Translations under genes and position numbers: made by a program
Notes under the pieces: model-generated
What the model was told of the DNA's origin: nothing
The model's input: only the letters and a program-made list of their open reading frames with translations
Database searches by the model: none
Shown: positions 41,706-52,663 of the stretch, piece after piece
Layout of the letters: every line of letters starts with the position of its first letter
How positions within the stretch are numbered: the stretch's first letter is position 1
Origin: an uncultured Acidobacteriaceae bacterium
GTDB taxonomy: Bacteria; Acidobacteriota; Terriglobia; Terriglobales; Acidobacteriaceae
Length of the DNA: 64,000 bases
Direction of reading: 5' to 3'
Assembly (NCBI GenBank): GCA_963745555.1
Contig: CAVUXX010000003.1
Span: 216,921 to 280,920, forward strand

Positions 41706-44342
41706 TCATACTTTCTGGCTTGAGATTTTGTTCACCGGTTCCTGTCCCCTTGGCAGGAACACAGAGAAGACGGTCCCACTCCGCCCGGGAGTCGAGCTGC
41801 TTTTCACCCGAATCGATCCATGGTGTCTCTGTACGATGTTTGTGCAGACCCAAAGACCCAGACCCGTTCCGACGTCTTTCTTCGTAGTGAAAAACGGCTC
41901 GAAAAGCTTCGAGCGGACAGACGATGGAATGCCCCGTCTTGAATCGGCGATGGTTATCCGCGTTCCGGGCGAATGCTGTTCATTCAATCGATTCGCGTCG
42001 ATTCGAATTCGAATCAGACCGCCGGAATCGACAGCTTCGATACTGTTGCTTAGAAGGTTTGCGATGAGCTGGCGGATTTCGCCTGCTACCGCATAAATCT
42101 CCGTGTCCTGCCGAATTTCCGGCCGTATCTCGATCCCCTTGTTCCGCGCCCGCCTAGCGAGCATAGAGATGACCGGGCTCAGCATCTCTCCGACTCTCAC
42201 CGTACTCGGAGCAATTGTTTCGCGATAAAAGCCAAGAGCCTGTTTTGTTATTTGGGAAATTCGGTTCAGTTCTTCCTCGATTGCATTCAGGAATTCCTGC
42301 ACGTCACTAAGAGCGGCGCTGCCCTTCGCGAGATAGACCAGATTTGTCACTGCTTCGAGAGGATTGTTGATCTCGTGAGCGACTGTTGCAGCCATTCGGC
42401 CAACTGAGGCAAGCCTCTCAGTCGTTCGCAATGCTTGCTCGGTCTTCTTTTGTTGGGTGATGTCGCGCGCAGTCTTCGCAGCCCCGATCACCCTGCCTGT
42501 TTCATCTCTTACCGGAGAAATGGTCAGGGATACATCGATTCGTTCGCCGCTCTTGGTCAGACGAACGGTCTCATACTGCACGACTCGTTCCCCTCGTCCG
42601 ATGGCCTTCAGAATCCTCCGCTCGTCCTCTTGCAGCTCAGGTGGAATGATTGTAGTAATAGACCGTCCAATCATCTCATTCGCCGAGTAGCCAAACATCT
42701 TCTCCGCCCCCGGATTCCAACTCGTCACAATTCCGTTCAGGTCCTTGCCGAAGATGGCATCATCCGACGATTCGACAATGGCAGCCAAACGACGCTGCGC
42801 TTGCTCCGCCTCCTTCCGCGAAGTGATATCGATATTGATTCCGGTCATTCGTGTTGGCTTACCGGACTTGTCCTTGAAGACCTGCCATCTTCCGAGAATC
42901 CAGTGAATACTGCCGTCGGGCCAAATTGCGCGCCACTCCCCTTGCACCGGGGCATCAGTCTGAAAGCCCACCTCCACTTGCTTGATTGCTGCAGCCCTGT
43001 CGTCGGGATGCAGCATCTGTTCCCAGGCTTCCTGAGTTCCGGCAAATTCTCCCGGCCGCAAGCCATAGATTGCTTCTAACTCCGGAGTCCATCGGTTCAC
43101 GTTGGTTTGGACATTCCATTCAAACGTGCCTATGATCCCCACTTGCTGTGCGAGACGCAGGCGCTCCTCGCTTTCCCGTAGCGTCTCTGACGCAATGCGA
43201 ATCTTCTCCGCCGCCTCTTTCTGGTCGTGTATGTCGAGGCAGCCGCCCACGTAACCCTCAAAGGTTCCGTCGGGCGCGTAACGTGGTACGCCGTGATCGA
43301 GAATCCATCGGTACTGGCCGTTGTGGTGGCGCAACCGATACTCCATTTCAAACGGCTGGCGGGCATCGAAACTTTCCTCATAAATCTGCAGGCAGCGGTC
43401 GAAGTCATCGAGATGCACGTTCTCAGCCCAGCCATTCCCAAATTCCTGCTCGAGAGTGCGTCCGACAAAGTCCAACCAACCCTTGTTGAAGTAATAGCAA
43501 ACCTTGTCCGTTCCCGACATCCAGACCATGATGGGCGCAGCTTCGGTGATCATCCGAAATCGCTGTTCGCTCTCTCGCAAGGCCGTCATGGCTTTCTTGC
43601 GCTCGGTGATGTCCTGAATGGTGATGAGCGTTGTCTGTCCGGCCTCACCGCCCCGGTTCATCCGGCGAGCTTTCAGCAATAACGATCGGCGTCCGGTAGC
43701 CAATTCCTGGTCATACTCCAGAGATCCCAGGTAGTCATTCGATGCTGAGCTCCCATCGATCAAGGAGCGAAGCTGGGGAATGTTCCACTCCCCATTCCCT
43801 AATTGATCCAAGGCTGCTCCTTGCGACCTTTCACGCGAGGTCTGGAATAGCGCGTAAAAAGCCTGATTGGCCGCCTGGATTCTAAGGTCTGTGTCGACTA
43901 ACACCAGGGCATCGGCAATGGTGTTAACTACCGCTTTGGTGTATTCGCGCTCCTCTATGGCCCGTACCAGGCTTTCGCGAAAAGCAGTCACGTTGGTAAG
44001 CGTAAGCACGGCGCCCTTGATATCTTCGATCACCTTGTAACAGCTGATGTTGAGAGAGAACCACGAGCCTGCGCAGTTCGCTACCTCCACTCGGTGTGAG
44101 GTCCCACTGGCAATGACATGTTCACAGAGATCCTCAAGGTTCTTGACTCCAGTGAGCATCTGAATTGACTGCAATTGTCTGCCATGGTCCGAGCCCGTCA
44201 GGGAAAATAGCTTGGCCGCCGCCGGGTTGAAACGGACGAGTGTCAAGTCGCGACCAATAACGAGGACCGGAAGCTCGATACAGTCAATGAGCTCCATTCC
44301 AAGCGAGTTGGACACCTGGCGCGCGTCTACCATCGTTCTCAA
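41706..44342 (-). CDS. Cytoplasmic multi-PAS sensor histidine kinase
   Basis: About 5 PAS/PAC repeats, H-box VAHEINNPL, N-box NLLSNS, F/G2 FEPFFTTK..GTGLGL; no transmembrane segment seen. Confidence 0.92.
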   Translation of the reverse strand: MRTMVDARQVSNSLGMELIDCIELPVLVIGRDLTLVRFNPAAAKLFSLTGSDHGRQLQSIQMLTGVKNLEDLCEHVIASGTSHRVEVANCAGSWFSLNISCYKVIEDIKGAVLTLTNVTAFRESLVRAIEEREYTKAVVNTIADALVLVDTDLRIQAANQAFYALFQTSRERSQGAALDQLGNGEWNIPQLRSLIDGSSASNDYLGSLEYDQELATGRRSLLLKARRMNRGGEAGQTTLITIQDITERKKAMTALRESEQRFRMITEAAPIMVWMSGTDKVCYYFNKGWLDFVGRTLEQEFGNGWAENVHLDDFDRCLQIYEESFDARQPFEMEYRLRHHNGQYRWILDHGVPRYAPDGTFEGYVGGCLDIHDQKEAAEKIRIASETLRESEERLRLAQQVGIIGTFEWNVQTNVNRWTPELEAIYGLRPGEFAGTQEAWEQMLHPDDRAAAIKQVEVGFQTDAPVQGEWRAIWPDGSIHWILGRWQVFKDKSGKPTRMTGINIDITSRKEAEQAQRRLAAIVESSDDAIFGKDLNGIVTSWNPGAEKMFGYSANEMIGRSITTIIPPELQEDERRILKAIGRGERVVQYETVRLTKSGERIDVSLTISPVRDETGRVIGAAKTARDITQQKKTEQALRTTERLASVGRMAATVAHEINNPLEAVTNLVYLAKGSAALSDVQEFLNAIEEELNRISQITKQALGFYRETIAPSTVRVGEMLSPVISMLARRARNKGIEIRPEIRQDTEIYAVAGEIRQLIANLLSNSIEAVDSGGLIRIRIDANRLNEQHSPGTRITIADSRRGIPSSVRSKLFEPFFTTKKDVGTGLGLWVCTNIVQRHHGSIRVKSSSTPGRSGTVFSVFLPRGQEPVNKISSQKV

Positions 44343-45265
44343 TCTAGGCCTGGGGTTCGAAGAGGGTGTAACTGCTGGCTCGTTTGTCCCGACGCGCGAT
44401 ACAACGCACCGCTCTGCTGGAGCACAGCATCGGCCACGTCTGGCACGGCCTGGCGCAATGCGAAAAGCAACGCCTGAGACGATGGCATCGTGAACCTTGG
44501 CGAATAGCGCTCAAGCAGCTTCTTTTCAAGAACGCTCGCCTCCACCTCCCCGACCACATCGCGAAGCGCATCGTCTACGGCGCGCTCCAGCCGAACGTAA
44601 TTTTCCACGGGAATCAGGTGCGAGTGATTCTCCGCGAGCCTCGGCAACATGTGGGCGTGCACCTCTCCGTCGAAGTTGTCCATCAGGAAGGAGCAGAAGA
44701 TCGCGATCTCCTGCTCGTGCGCAAGTTGATCGAATAGATCCTCGAGAGCCATGCTGGCGGTGGCATTGCCGCGTTCCCAGAGAACATTGACCATCTCACC
44801 CCACCAGCGAACTTTCGGATAGCGGTTCTTTCCCCGTGCGCGGGCTACCGCTTCGCCGGCCAGGCCCAGGAACACGGGCGCATCTGGCATCTTTTCACCC
44901 ATGAATCGAGGCAGGAGTTCGTCAGCGTCGACCACTGTCAGCTGACCTTGCGCCTGTGCCGCCTTGATATCCACGCCTTCGGCCTCGAGACGAGGATAGA
45001 AAGCTTCCCAGTGAGCTGCCGTCGGGACGAGAATCACTCCTTCCCCGTGCGCCAATGCGGCGGCGGCGAAGCGGCAGACGGCTCGGTTGAGAAACTGCTC
45101 ATCCTGATAAAGCTGAACAATATGATCTCTGGGTCCCGCATCGTGAAGGAGACTCCGCCACGGTTCGAAACCATTATCCTTGTGCCCCTCACCCCCGCAG
45201 ATATGCGGCAAGCTCGTCGTGGACCTGTGAGGCCGTTGCGTCGAGTCATTCTCAAGAGATTTCAT
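44339..45265 (-). CDS. Stand-alone MEDS-domain sensory protein
   Basis: DHIVQLYQDE, GEGVILVPT..H, QLTVVDADELL, VRWWGEMVNVLW, LEDLFDQL...IFCSF; stop abuts the kinase start. Confidence 0.78.
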   Translation of the reverse strand: MKSLENDSTQRPHRSTTSLPHICGGEGHKDNGFEPWRSLLHDAGPRDHIVQLYQDEQFLNRAVCRFAAAALAHGEGVILVPTAAHWEAFYPRLEAEGVDIKAAQAQGQLTVVDADELLPRFMGEKMPDAPVFLGLAGEAVARARGKNRYPKVRWWGEMVNVLWERGNATASMALEDLFDQLAHEQEIAIFCSFLMDNFDGEVHAHMLPRLAENHSHLIPVENYVRLERAVDDALRDVVGEVEASVLEKKLLERYSPRFTMPSSQALLFALRQAVPDVADAVLQQSGALYRASGQTSQQLHPLRTPGLD

Positions 45266-45647
45266 GGTGGACCCCCTTCTATCGGCAACTGTCCGACCTG
45301 CATTCAAGCGGTCCTGGAGGCCGCATCCAACGCGCGACGCCGTGCGATATCCCTGTATGCTTTTTCGGAACTTACTTTACATTCCTGAGAGTTCGACCAC
45401 AGCGCCTTCTGGAACAGGGACTGCCGAGTCCGCGAGCCTCGGGCGTCAGCATTGAGGGGCCGGTGAATGTAGCTTCGATGCTTATTCGACGCCTCCAGTT
45501 GTCTCGTCTAGTCAAGTCCGGGCCAATCGGGCCGAGAAATAAGTAACGGAATCGGCTTGTGGCACGGATTTTCGGAAGGCTCAAAATCATTCCGCGGTCC
45601 GCTTGGGAAAACGTCGCTTGGGGAGGTTGCGCGACCCGGCGACTTGG

Positions 45648-48090
45648 CTATTCCTCGCGCAGGGCTACCATGGGGTCCACCCTGCTGGCCCGCCAGGCCG
45701 GGATGACCGTGGCAGCGAATGCCACAACGGCTAACAAGGCGGGAACCGCCAGGAAAGTCGCGGCGTCGGTCGTGGTCACGCCGAACAACAGACTGGCGAT
45801 TACGCGCGTGAGGGCGACCGCGCCTAACAGTTCCTGCGAAGATGCCGATCAACACCAGTTGCATCCCCTGCCGGACGATGAGAGTGAGGATATTTTCCCG
45901 CCGCGCACCCAAGGCGGCGAGAATGCCGATGTCGCGGGTGCTCTGAGTGACCAAATACGACAGGACGCCGTAGAGGCCCACGGCGGCAAGCAGCAACGCG
46001 AACGCCGCAAACGCACCAAGCATGATGCTGGAAAAGCGTTGGCGCGCCAGCGAATCATGCAGACGGTCCTGCATGGTGCGTATTCCATAGACGACAACGG
46101 TTGGATCGACCGCATGTATTTCGCCGACGATGGCTGTGGCGACCGCTGCTTCATGGGAGGTGGCGCGAGCTACCAGAAACGTTCCCCGCTCCAGCCCCTG
46201 CTGCAAGGGGAAGTATGTCGCGATTTTGCCGTCGGTATCGAGACCATACTGTTTGACCGCTCCCACGACGCCGACGATTGTGATGGGCTTTTTGGGATCG
46301 AACCAGAGGTGCTTCCCGATGGCGTGGTTGTGCGGCCAGAAGCGCTTTGCGAAATTCTCGTCGATGATGACGACCTGCGGCGTGTCGAGGCGGTTATTCT
46401 CGGAGAAGAAGCGGCCTGCGACCAGGGAAATCTGCATGGCGCGGAAATAGTCAGTGCTTGCCGTGCGCAGATCGACCTGCAACTCCTGCCCTGGCGGCGG
46501 TGTGTATCCCTCCACATGGATTCCTCCCCATCCCACGGTTCCGGTGAGCGGGAGCGCAGAAACCGCGCCTTCGGCGACGACGCCCGGCAGGCGGGCCATG
46601 CGCGCTTCAATTTCGCGATAGAAAGCGGCGAGCACTTTGTCGTCACGATACCGGGAGTCGTTCGCCATGATCTGCATGGTGAGGACGTGGTCCGCGGAGA
46701 ATCCTGGATCGACGCTCTGCAGACGGATGAAGCTGCGGATGAGCAGCCCGGCGCCAATGAGCAGAACAAGCGAAATGGCGAGTTCGGAAACGATGAGCAA
46801 GCCGCGCAGACGATGGCGTTTCAGATAAAGACCGCCATCGGCCTGTCCGCTGCGGCCGCCGGCCTTGAGGGAGGAGTTTGGATCGAGTTTGATGGCACGC
46901 CATGCCGGAGCGAGGCCGAAGAGCACACCCGTGGCGAGCGAGATGCCAAATGTGAAGGCCAGAACCGAGCCATTGATCCCGATTTCATCGAGGCGGGGGA
47001 TATTGCCGGGATTCATGGTGCGCACGACCACAAGGCTGAGGCGAGCTACGAGCAGTCCGGCGGCGCCGCCGAGGAGCCCGAGGAGAATGCTCTCAGTCAA
47101 CAGTTGCCGAGCCAGGCGCTGCCATCCTGCCCCCAGCGCGGTGCGGATGGCGACCTCCTTTTCGCGTCCCGCCGCGCGGGCGAGCAGAAGGTTGGCCACG
47201 TTGGCACAGGCGATTAGCAGGACGAGCGCGACCGAGCCCAGCAAAACGAACAAAGAGCGGCGCACGTCGCCGACTACCTGCTTCTGCAAGCCGACGACAT
47301 CCATGCCGTAGCTGGCGCCGCGGCTGTCTTTGATGCGGATGCCGCTGGCGATGACGTTGATGTCCGCCTGGGCTTGTTGCAGGGAGACGCCGGGCTTGAG
47401 GCGGACGACGATGTTGTAGTTTTCGTCGCCCCTGCGCTGTGCGGCGTCGGGCCCGAGCGGCAAGGGGAGAAAGATGTCCACCTTGTCCATGGGTCCTTCC
47501 GAGGGCATGATTTCAGCGTTGAGCACAAAGCCGCGCTGCAGCACGCCTGCGACGGTATACGGCTTTGCGTTGAGCATGATGGTCCGGCCGACGATGGCGC
47601 AGTCGGAGTTGAACAGGCGCACCCAGGCGCCGTTGCTGAGGATGGCGACAGGCGGTTTGCCAGGCTTGTCTTCTTCCGGCAACAAGGTCCGGCCGAGCAG
47701 AGGCTTCGCGCCGAACATCGCAAGGAGGCTCGACTGCGTGCTGAGTACGTCAACCCGCTCGGGCTGCTCGCGGCCGGTGAGCGTGAATGTGCGGCTCTGC
47801 GCGATGGCCATCTGGTCGAACGAGTGGTTCTGGTTCTGAATGTCGATGTATTGGCCGGGAGACGGCCAATCGCGCAAAATGCCGATGGCGGGAGAATGCA
47901 GCCAGACGGCCGCGAGACGGTCGGGGTGCGGATACGGAAGTGGACGCAAGAGCAGCGCGTCCACAACGCTGAAGATGGCGGAATTGGCGCCGATGCCGAT
48001 GGCCAGGGAGGCCACGATCACCAGAGTCAGCACCACGTTTTTGCGAAGCATGCGAAAGGCGTAGCGAAAATCCTGGAACCAGGGGCTCAT
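45648..48090 (-). CDS. ADOP family (MacB/FtsX-like duplicated) ABC permease; +1 indel at ~45831
   Basis: [60 protein letters not shown]; corrected end [10 protein letters not shown]...[14 protein letters not shown]. Confidence 0.9.
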
Positions 48091-48203
48091 GAATCTCTCC
48101 CGCACTGGAGTATCGATGATATGACGGGACGTGGAGGCGTGGCCAACAATACTAATCTCAAGCGGTGTTACTGGTAGCGCAAAGTCGACCTGCGAGGTCG
48201 GAT

Positions 48204-48395
48204 CTAAGATGATCCTGGATCCGGTTCGAGCCCGATCCGATCATTGACCGCGTTGTGGAAGCGCTGTTTGCGTCCGAGGTATCGCTCGGTTGTTTGCACA
48301 GAAAGGTGACCCAATAGGAACTGAATTTGCTCCAGCTCACCGCCTTCCTGATGACAGAGACGGACACAGGTCCGACGGAGATCATTGCTCAACGA
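48204..48395 (-). pseudogene. 3' fragment of a tyrosine recombinase/integrase
   Basis: NDLRRTCVRLCHQEGGELEQIQFLLGHLSVQTTERYLG carries the R, H and catalytic Y of the tetrad (first His replaced by Asn); the N-terminal part is absent. Confidence 0.85.
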
Positions 48396-48578
48396 TTGCA
48401 TTGCCTTATTACCCACAGTTTGGGAAATTCCAGGCAGTCTGGTTCTGACCGGCCGTAATGATTGAATCGTGAATTGCGACATGTCGGCTTGACGCCGCCT
48501 ATTTTGTCCAGTTTACAATCTGCGAATCGATCTCGGGGTCGAACTCACTGGCGCGAAATGTGCAGATTGGGAGAATCG

Positions 48579-49295
48579 ATGCGGAAAAATCAAGTCATGG
48601 TCATAGCTTTGGCATTTGCTTTGCAGGTTGTCTATCCTGACGCAGGCCAGCAGGCAGTTGCACAGGACGGAAAGGGCGCCTATGCGGCGATGGCTTCCCT
48701 GGATCAGTATCTGATATCTGACGAGAAATCCGAAATTGCGCTGGCCCGCAGCGCTGCACCCAGTTCAATTTCCGATGGAGCCGAAGTGATGGTGCTGGGA
48801 CACGAGGGATACAAGATCGCGGTGAAGGGCACGAATGGCTTTCTCTGCATCGTGGAAAGGTCGTGGGGGCAGAGCACGGATCAGGCGGAGTTCTGGAATC
48901 CGAAGATGCGTGCCCCCCATTGCTTCAATGCGCAAGCCACGAGGAGCTTTGCGCCCATCTACCTGATGAAGACCAGGCTTGTGCTGGCAGGAAAATCGAA
49001 GGCTGAAATCGCGCAGGCAATCGCGACGGCACTGGATGAGAAAGAGCTGCCCGCGCTGGAGCCTGGCGCGATGGCCTACATGATGTCGAGGCACCAGTAC
49101 TTAAACGACCGGGATAAAGTTTGGCACACGCATGCGATGTTTTTTTTCCCCGGCGACATGACGAAGAGCTGGGCGGCCGACGATCCCAACTCGCCCGTTA
49201 TGGTGGCGAATGACCCGGAGGAACGCGTGACGATTCTGTTCGTCCTGGCGGATAAGTGGTCGGACGGCACGGCGGCTCTGTCGAATATGCCCTGA
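48579..49295 (+). CDS. Secreted hypothetical protein
   Basis: Signal-peptide-like start; EIALARSAAP, GTNGFLCIVER, AMAYMMS, WHTHAMFF; protein-like composition. Confidence 0.7.
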   Translation: MRKNQVMVIALAFALQVVYPDAGQQAVAQDGKGAYAAMASLDQYLISDEKSEIALARSAAPSSISDGAEVMVLGHEGYKIAVKGTNGFLCIVERSWGQSTDQAEFWNPKMRAPHCFNAQATRSFAPIYLMKTRLVLAGKSKAEIAQAIATALDEKELPALEPGAMAYMMSRHQYLNDRDKVWHTHAMFFFPGDMTKSWAADDPNSPVMVANDPEERVTILFVLADKWSDGTAALSNMP

Positions 49296-49555
49296 TCCTC
49301 AGCCTGCGGTTTTCAGACGAGACTCTCGCAAGAAGAGGCCGCAGATTCCAATTTCCGTCATTTCCGAACCTCATCATAAGACGGGCCGAGAAGTGCATCG
49401 TTGATGCAATATCACGGAGTCACCTACGGCTCTCAATTCGTACCGGGAAAGTCGGTATTGCGCATGAGATCCGACAACTTGCATTGAGGCATTTGCGGCC
49501 TACCCATCCACAGGGCCTAAAACACATATCGCAGGCCCAGCGATCCGAGAGTGAC

Positions 49556-51322
49556 ATGTCTGAAACGCCGAAAACAATTACGCGCAGGAACGTCCTGCAA
49601 TGTGTGCCTTCGGTTACGGCACTGCTGATCCCAACAGCCTCTTGGACGCTGCAGTCGAAAAGTGTTATGCCCAGCCTTGCACACGATGACCTCGATCTGC
49701 CAGTCCTCGCGCAGCCCGACCTGGTCTTTGCACTGCTGGGCGATTCAGAGACAGAGCGCCAAGGGCTCAGGAGATCAGGGAGTACATGGACGGGAACCAA
49801 CTGGGCTGCGGGCGTCAAGGTGGATTTCGCCGCTGCTGCACAGCAGGCTGTGGTCTCCATTACCGCACCCACGGTGTCAGTCCAGCGCATTCAACTCCGC
49901 TGGAAGAGACAACTGGCAGAAGATATCCTTGCACTTGGTGACGCGTGGGAACGCAGTTACGGAGACCTGGAATGGCGACCGCTGCAAGCAGAACGTGTCT
50001 TGCCCTGGTATGCGCTGCTGCACTCGCAAGGGAGAACCTCCGGCATGGGTATCAAGACCGGAGCGGCTTCCTTTGCCTTTTGGCAAGTGGATCCATCCGG
50101 CATCTCGCTATGGCTTGACGTACGCAATGGTGGAAACGGCGTATCGCTTGGGAGCCGCACACTTGAGGCGGCGACAATTGTGCAGTGCAAAGGGGCGTCG
50201 GAAGAAAGCGCCTTTGCCGTGACGCAACGCCTTTGCCGTGCAATGGCTGAAGGCACTCAGGTGCCTGCCAAACGAGGCGGCTTGCAAACCGAAGCCATCA
50301 TCGGGAGCAACGATTGGTACTACGCCTACGGGCAAAACACGCACGACGGCATTTTGCGCGACGCTGATCTCGTCGCATCCCTTGCACCCGCCGGCGGAAT
50401 CAAGCCGTTCACGGTAATCGACGATGGCTATCAGGACCCATCCCGATTTCCAAGCCTCCCCAAGCTTGCTTCCGCCATCCGCGATCGCGATGTGATTCCG
50501 GGCTTGTGGATTCGGCCTTTGCGTGCGGCACCCGGGACCCCTGCGAATCTGTTGCTGCCGGACTCTCGCTGGAGTGGACCCAGAAATGAGCAAGGACCAG
50601 TAGCTTACGATCCGACAATTCCAGAGGCACTTCACGCCGTCGCGTCTGTAGCAGCCCAGGCGTGCGATTGGGGCTTTGAATTGATCAAGCATGACTTCAC
50701 CACTTGGGAGTTGTTCGGACAATGGGGAAGTCAAATGGGCGCTTCTCCGACCCGGGGCAACTGGCACTTCAATGACCGCACGGTCACCAATGCTGAGATC
50801 GTGACCTCGCTCTATCGACGACTCCGTGCAACCTGCGGGCAAGACCGCCTTATATTGGGGTGCAACACCGTCGGACATCTTTCCGTTGGACTCTTTGACG
50901 CGTCTCGCACTGGCGACGACGTAAGTGGAAAGGAATGGGAGAGAACACGCCGGACGGGTGTGAACACTCTAGCTTTTCGCGCGCCCCACCATAGGACTTT
51001 CTATTCCGTCGACGCTGACTGTGTCGCGATCACCCCGGATGTGCCCTGGTCAATGAGTCGCCAGTGGCTCCAGGCAGTAGCGAACAGCGGAACCGTTCTT
51101 CTGATTTCACCTGATCCAAGGGCCACTGGCAATGAACAGAAACATTCGCTCCGTGAAGCTTTCGAACGCTGCCTCGCGAAACCGGCCAGTGAGCCGTTGG
51201 ATTGGATGAAGTCCCGCACCCCTGCCTCATGGCGATCTGCTGAGGGGGCCCAGAATTACGGCTGGATTCAAGAAGAGGGAGAAAGTCCATTCCCTATTGG
51301 AATACAACGTGGACCGGATTAA
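49556..51322 (+). CDS. Tat-exported GH36-like alpha-galactosidase
   Basis: ITRRNVL leader, GDAWERSYGDLEW, GSNDWYYAYG, VIDDGY, LIKHDF, ILGCN, SRTGDD, VDADCV. Confidence 0.75.
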   Translation: MSETPKTITRRNVLQCVPSVTALLIPTASWTLQSKSVMPSLAHDDLDLPVLAQPDLVFALLGDSETERQGLRRSGSTWTGTNWAAGVKVDFAAAAQQAVVSITAPTVSVQRIQLRWKRQLAEDILALGDAWERSYGDLEWRPLQAERVLPWYALLHSQGRTSGMGIKTGAASFAFWQVDPSGISLWLDVRNGGNGVSLGSRTLEAATIVQCKGASEESAFAVTQRLCRAMAEGTQVPAKRGGLQTEAIIGSNDWYYAYGQNTHDGILRDADLVASLAPAGGIKPFTVIDDGYQDPSRFPSLPKLASAIRDRDVIPGLWIRPLRAAPGTPANLLLPDSRWSGPRNEQGPVAYDPTIPEALHAVASVAAQACDWGFELIKHDFTTWELFGQWGSQMGASPTRGNWHFNDRTVTNAEIVTSLYRRLRATCGQDRLILGCNTVGHLSVGLFDASRTGDDVSGKEWERTRRTGVNTLAFRAPHHRTFYSVDADCVAITPDVPWSMSRQWLQAVANSGTVLLISPDPRATGNEQKHSLREAFERCLAKPASEPLDWMKSRTPASWRSAEGAQNYGWIQEEGESPFPIGIQRGPD

Positions 51323-51579
51323 GTAACGGACTCGGATGACGGGCGTAGCGGATCGCAGAAAATGAATTGGCTCGCCGACCTGGTCCACGGGGTTCTTCTC
51401 ACGCATCCACCTGTATCGACCAGCACAGAGCCGCACTCAACTCGTAGAGTTTCGAAAATTATTCCTCCGCCCAATGCCTCATGGATTCGTTCAACTTGGC
51501 CGTTTTGTCCATGAATTCAGGTCGGCGATTTTACTGTCGCGATGACAAAGTCGAGAAACTGGCGCGTCTTTCAATTCCG

Positions 51580-51777
51580 AGTGTGATGGTCAAGAACGCG
51601 CGACTTCAGGGCGTTAGCCACGGCTCGCGAGACGATATGGAAGAAATGCTGGCATTTGTCGATAACCATCGGCTTTCGCCGATCATCGATGCTAGATACA
51701 GTTTCGACGCACTGCCCGATGCCCTTGATCACCTCGATCGCAATCCATTTGCCAAGCTCGTCGTAGAAATCTATTGA
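51580..51777 (+). pseudogene. 3' fragment of a zinc-type alcohol dehydrogenase-like (MDR) gene
   Basis: VMVKNARLQGVSHGSRDDMEEML..V....LSPIIDARYSFDALPDALDHL...PFAKLVVEI matches the MDR C-terminus; no 5' part. Confidence 0.7.
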
Positions 51778-51792
51778 GCGGATCACCGGCCT

Positions 51793-52416
51793 CTAGCGTT
51801 TAGGCGCCCGGAGCACAGGCTCCAGGTAGCGCACCAGCATTTGATTCAAGGCGTCGATTGTTCGTGGCCTGTCAGATGTCTTGCGGCCTGCCAAGGCTGG
51901 CAGGAAACCTATCAAGGCGGTCAGGACAATTTCTGCGCTCCAGAGAGCGTCCTGCTTATCGAGTTTGGGATTTCTTGTACTTAGCACCTTGGAGACGTTG
52001 TCGATGAAGGTTTGAACGAGGAGGCGCTTTTGTTCGACGGTGTCCTTCGAAAGAGGAGCCTCTGCGTATAGAGTACGAAATGCAGGATGCCTCCGATGAA
52101 ACTCGATCACGACTCCGGTGACCTGCCGGATGGCCTCTTCCAAAGGCGCTGACGCAAGTTTCTGTATGTCCGCAGCTCGCTCCTCTTTCGCCAGATCCAT
52201 CGCGTAACGGGCCACGAGCGCATTGGCGATAGCTTCCTTGTTTGGAAAGAACTGATACAGCGTTGCCGGAGAAACCTTCCCTTCAGCGGCAATGGCGTTC
52301 GTGGTTGCCGCGTGGTAACCAACTTTTGCGAAGACGCGGCCCGCCGCATCGAGCAGACTTGCCACACGGCGTTCTCCCCGAGCGTTTCGCTTTCGATCTG
52401 GAGCGAAAACTGACAT
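51793..52416 (-). CDS. TetR/AcrR family transcriptional regulator
   Basis: LLDAAGRVF...GY.AATTNAIAAEG.VSPATLYQFFPNKEAI HTH. Confidence 0.93.
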   Translation of the reverse strand: MSVFAPDRKRNARGERRVASLLDAAGRVFAKVGYHAATTNAIAAEGKVSPATLYQFFPNKEAIANALVARYAMDLAKEERAADIQKLASAPLEEAIRQVTGVVIEFHRRHPAFRTLYAEAPLSKDTVEQKRLLVQTFIDNVSKVLSTRNPKLDKQDALWSAEIVLTALIGFLPALAGRKTSDRPRTIDALNQMLVRYLEPVLRAPKR

Positions 52417-52438
52417 GTCTTGATGTTCTCACATTTTC

Positions 52439-52485
52439 CAAGTAAATACTTGCATCCTTTCTGAAATACAAGTATCTACTTGTAT
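52439..52485. promoter_or_regulatory. Two palindromic TetR-type operators (CAAGTA-NN-TACTTG)
   Basis: CAAGTAAATACTTG at 52439-52452 and ATACAAGTATCTACTTGTAT at 52466-52485, in the divergent tetR/efflux intergenic region. Confidence 0.75.
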
Positions 52486-52519
52486 ATCTCCGGGATCGAC
52501 GCTCCAGTGGAGGCAGGCA

Positions 52520-52633
52520 ATGAGCAAGTTGAATGCAAAGCAGCGAGGAACCGCGATCGTTACAGGAATTTCGTCAGGAATCGCCTCCGACGCGGCAAGA
52601 CGCTTTGTCGAATCGGGTTTCTTCGCACGTTGA
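52520..52633 (+). pseudogene. 5' stub of an SDR oxidoreductase
   Basis: RBS GGAGG then MSKLNAKQRGTAIVTGISSGIASDAARRFVESGFFAR*, a decayed TGxSSGIG Rossmann start. Confidence 0.65.
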
Positions 52634-52663
52634 ACTCCATCCAGGCATTTTCTGCTTGCCTGC

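Noticed and set aside
45559-48177. Long plus-strand ORFs (552 aa and 267 aa)
   Set aside because: Antisense shadows of the ADOP permease in GC-rich DNA, with no recognisable motifs
49256-49555. N-terminal extension of the 688-aa ORF
   Set aside because: The twin-arginine leader begins at ATG 49556; the upstream part looks non-coding
51320-51440. Minus-strand YRWMREKNPVDQVGEPIHF as a glycosyltransferase C-terminal remnant
   Set aside because: Similarity is too short and weak to support by eye
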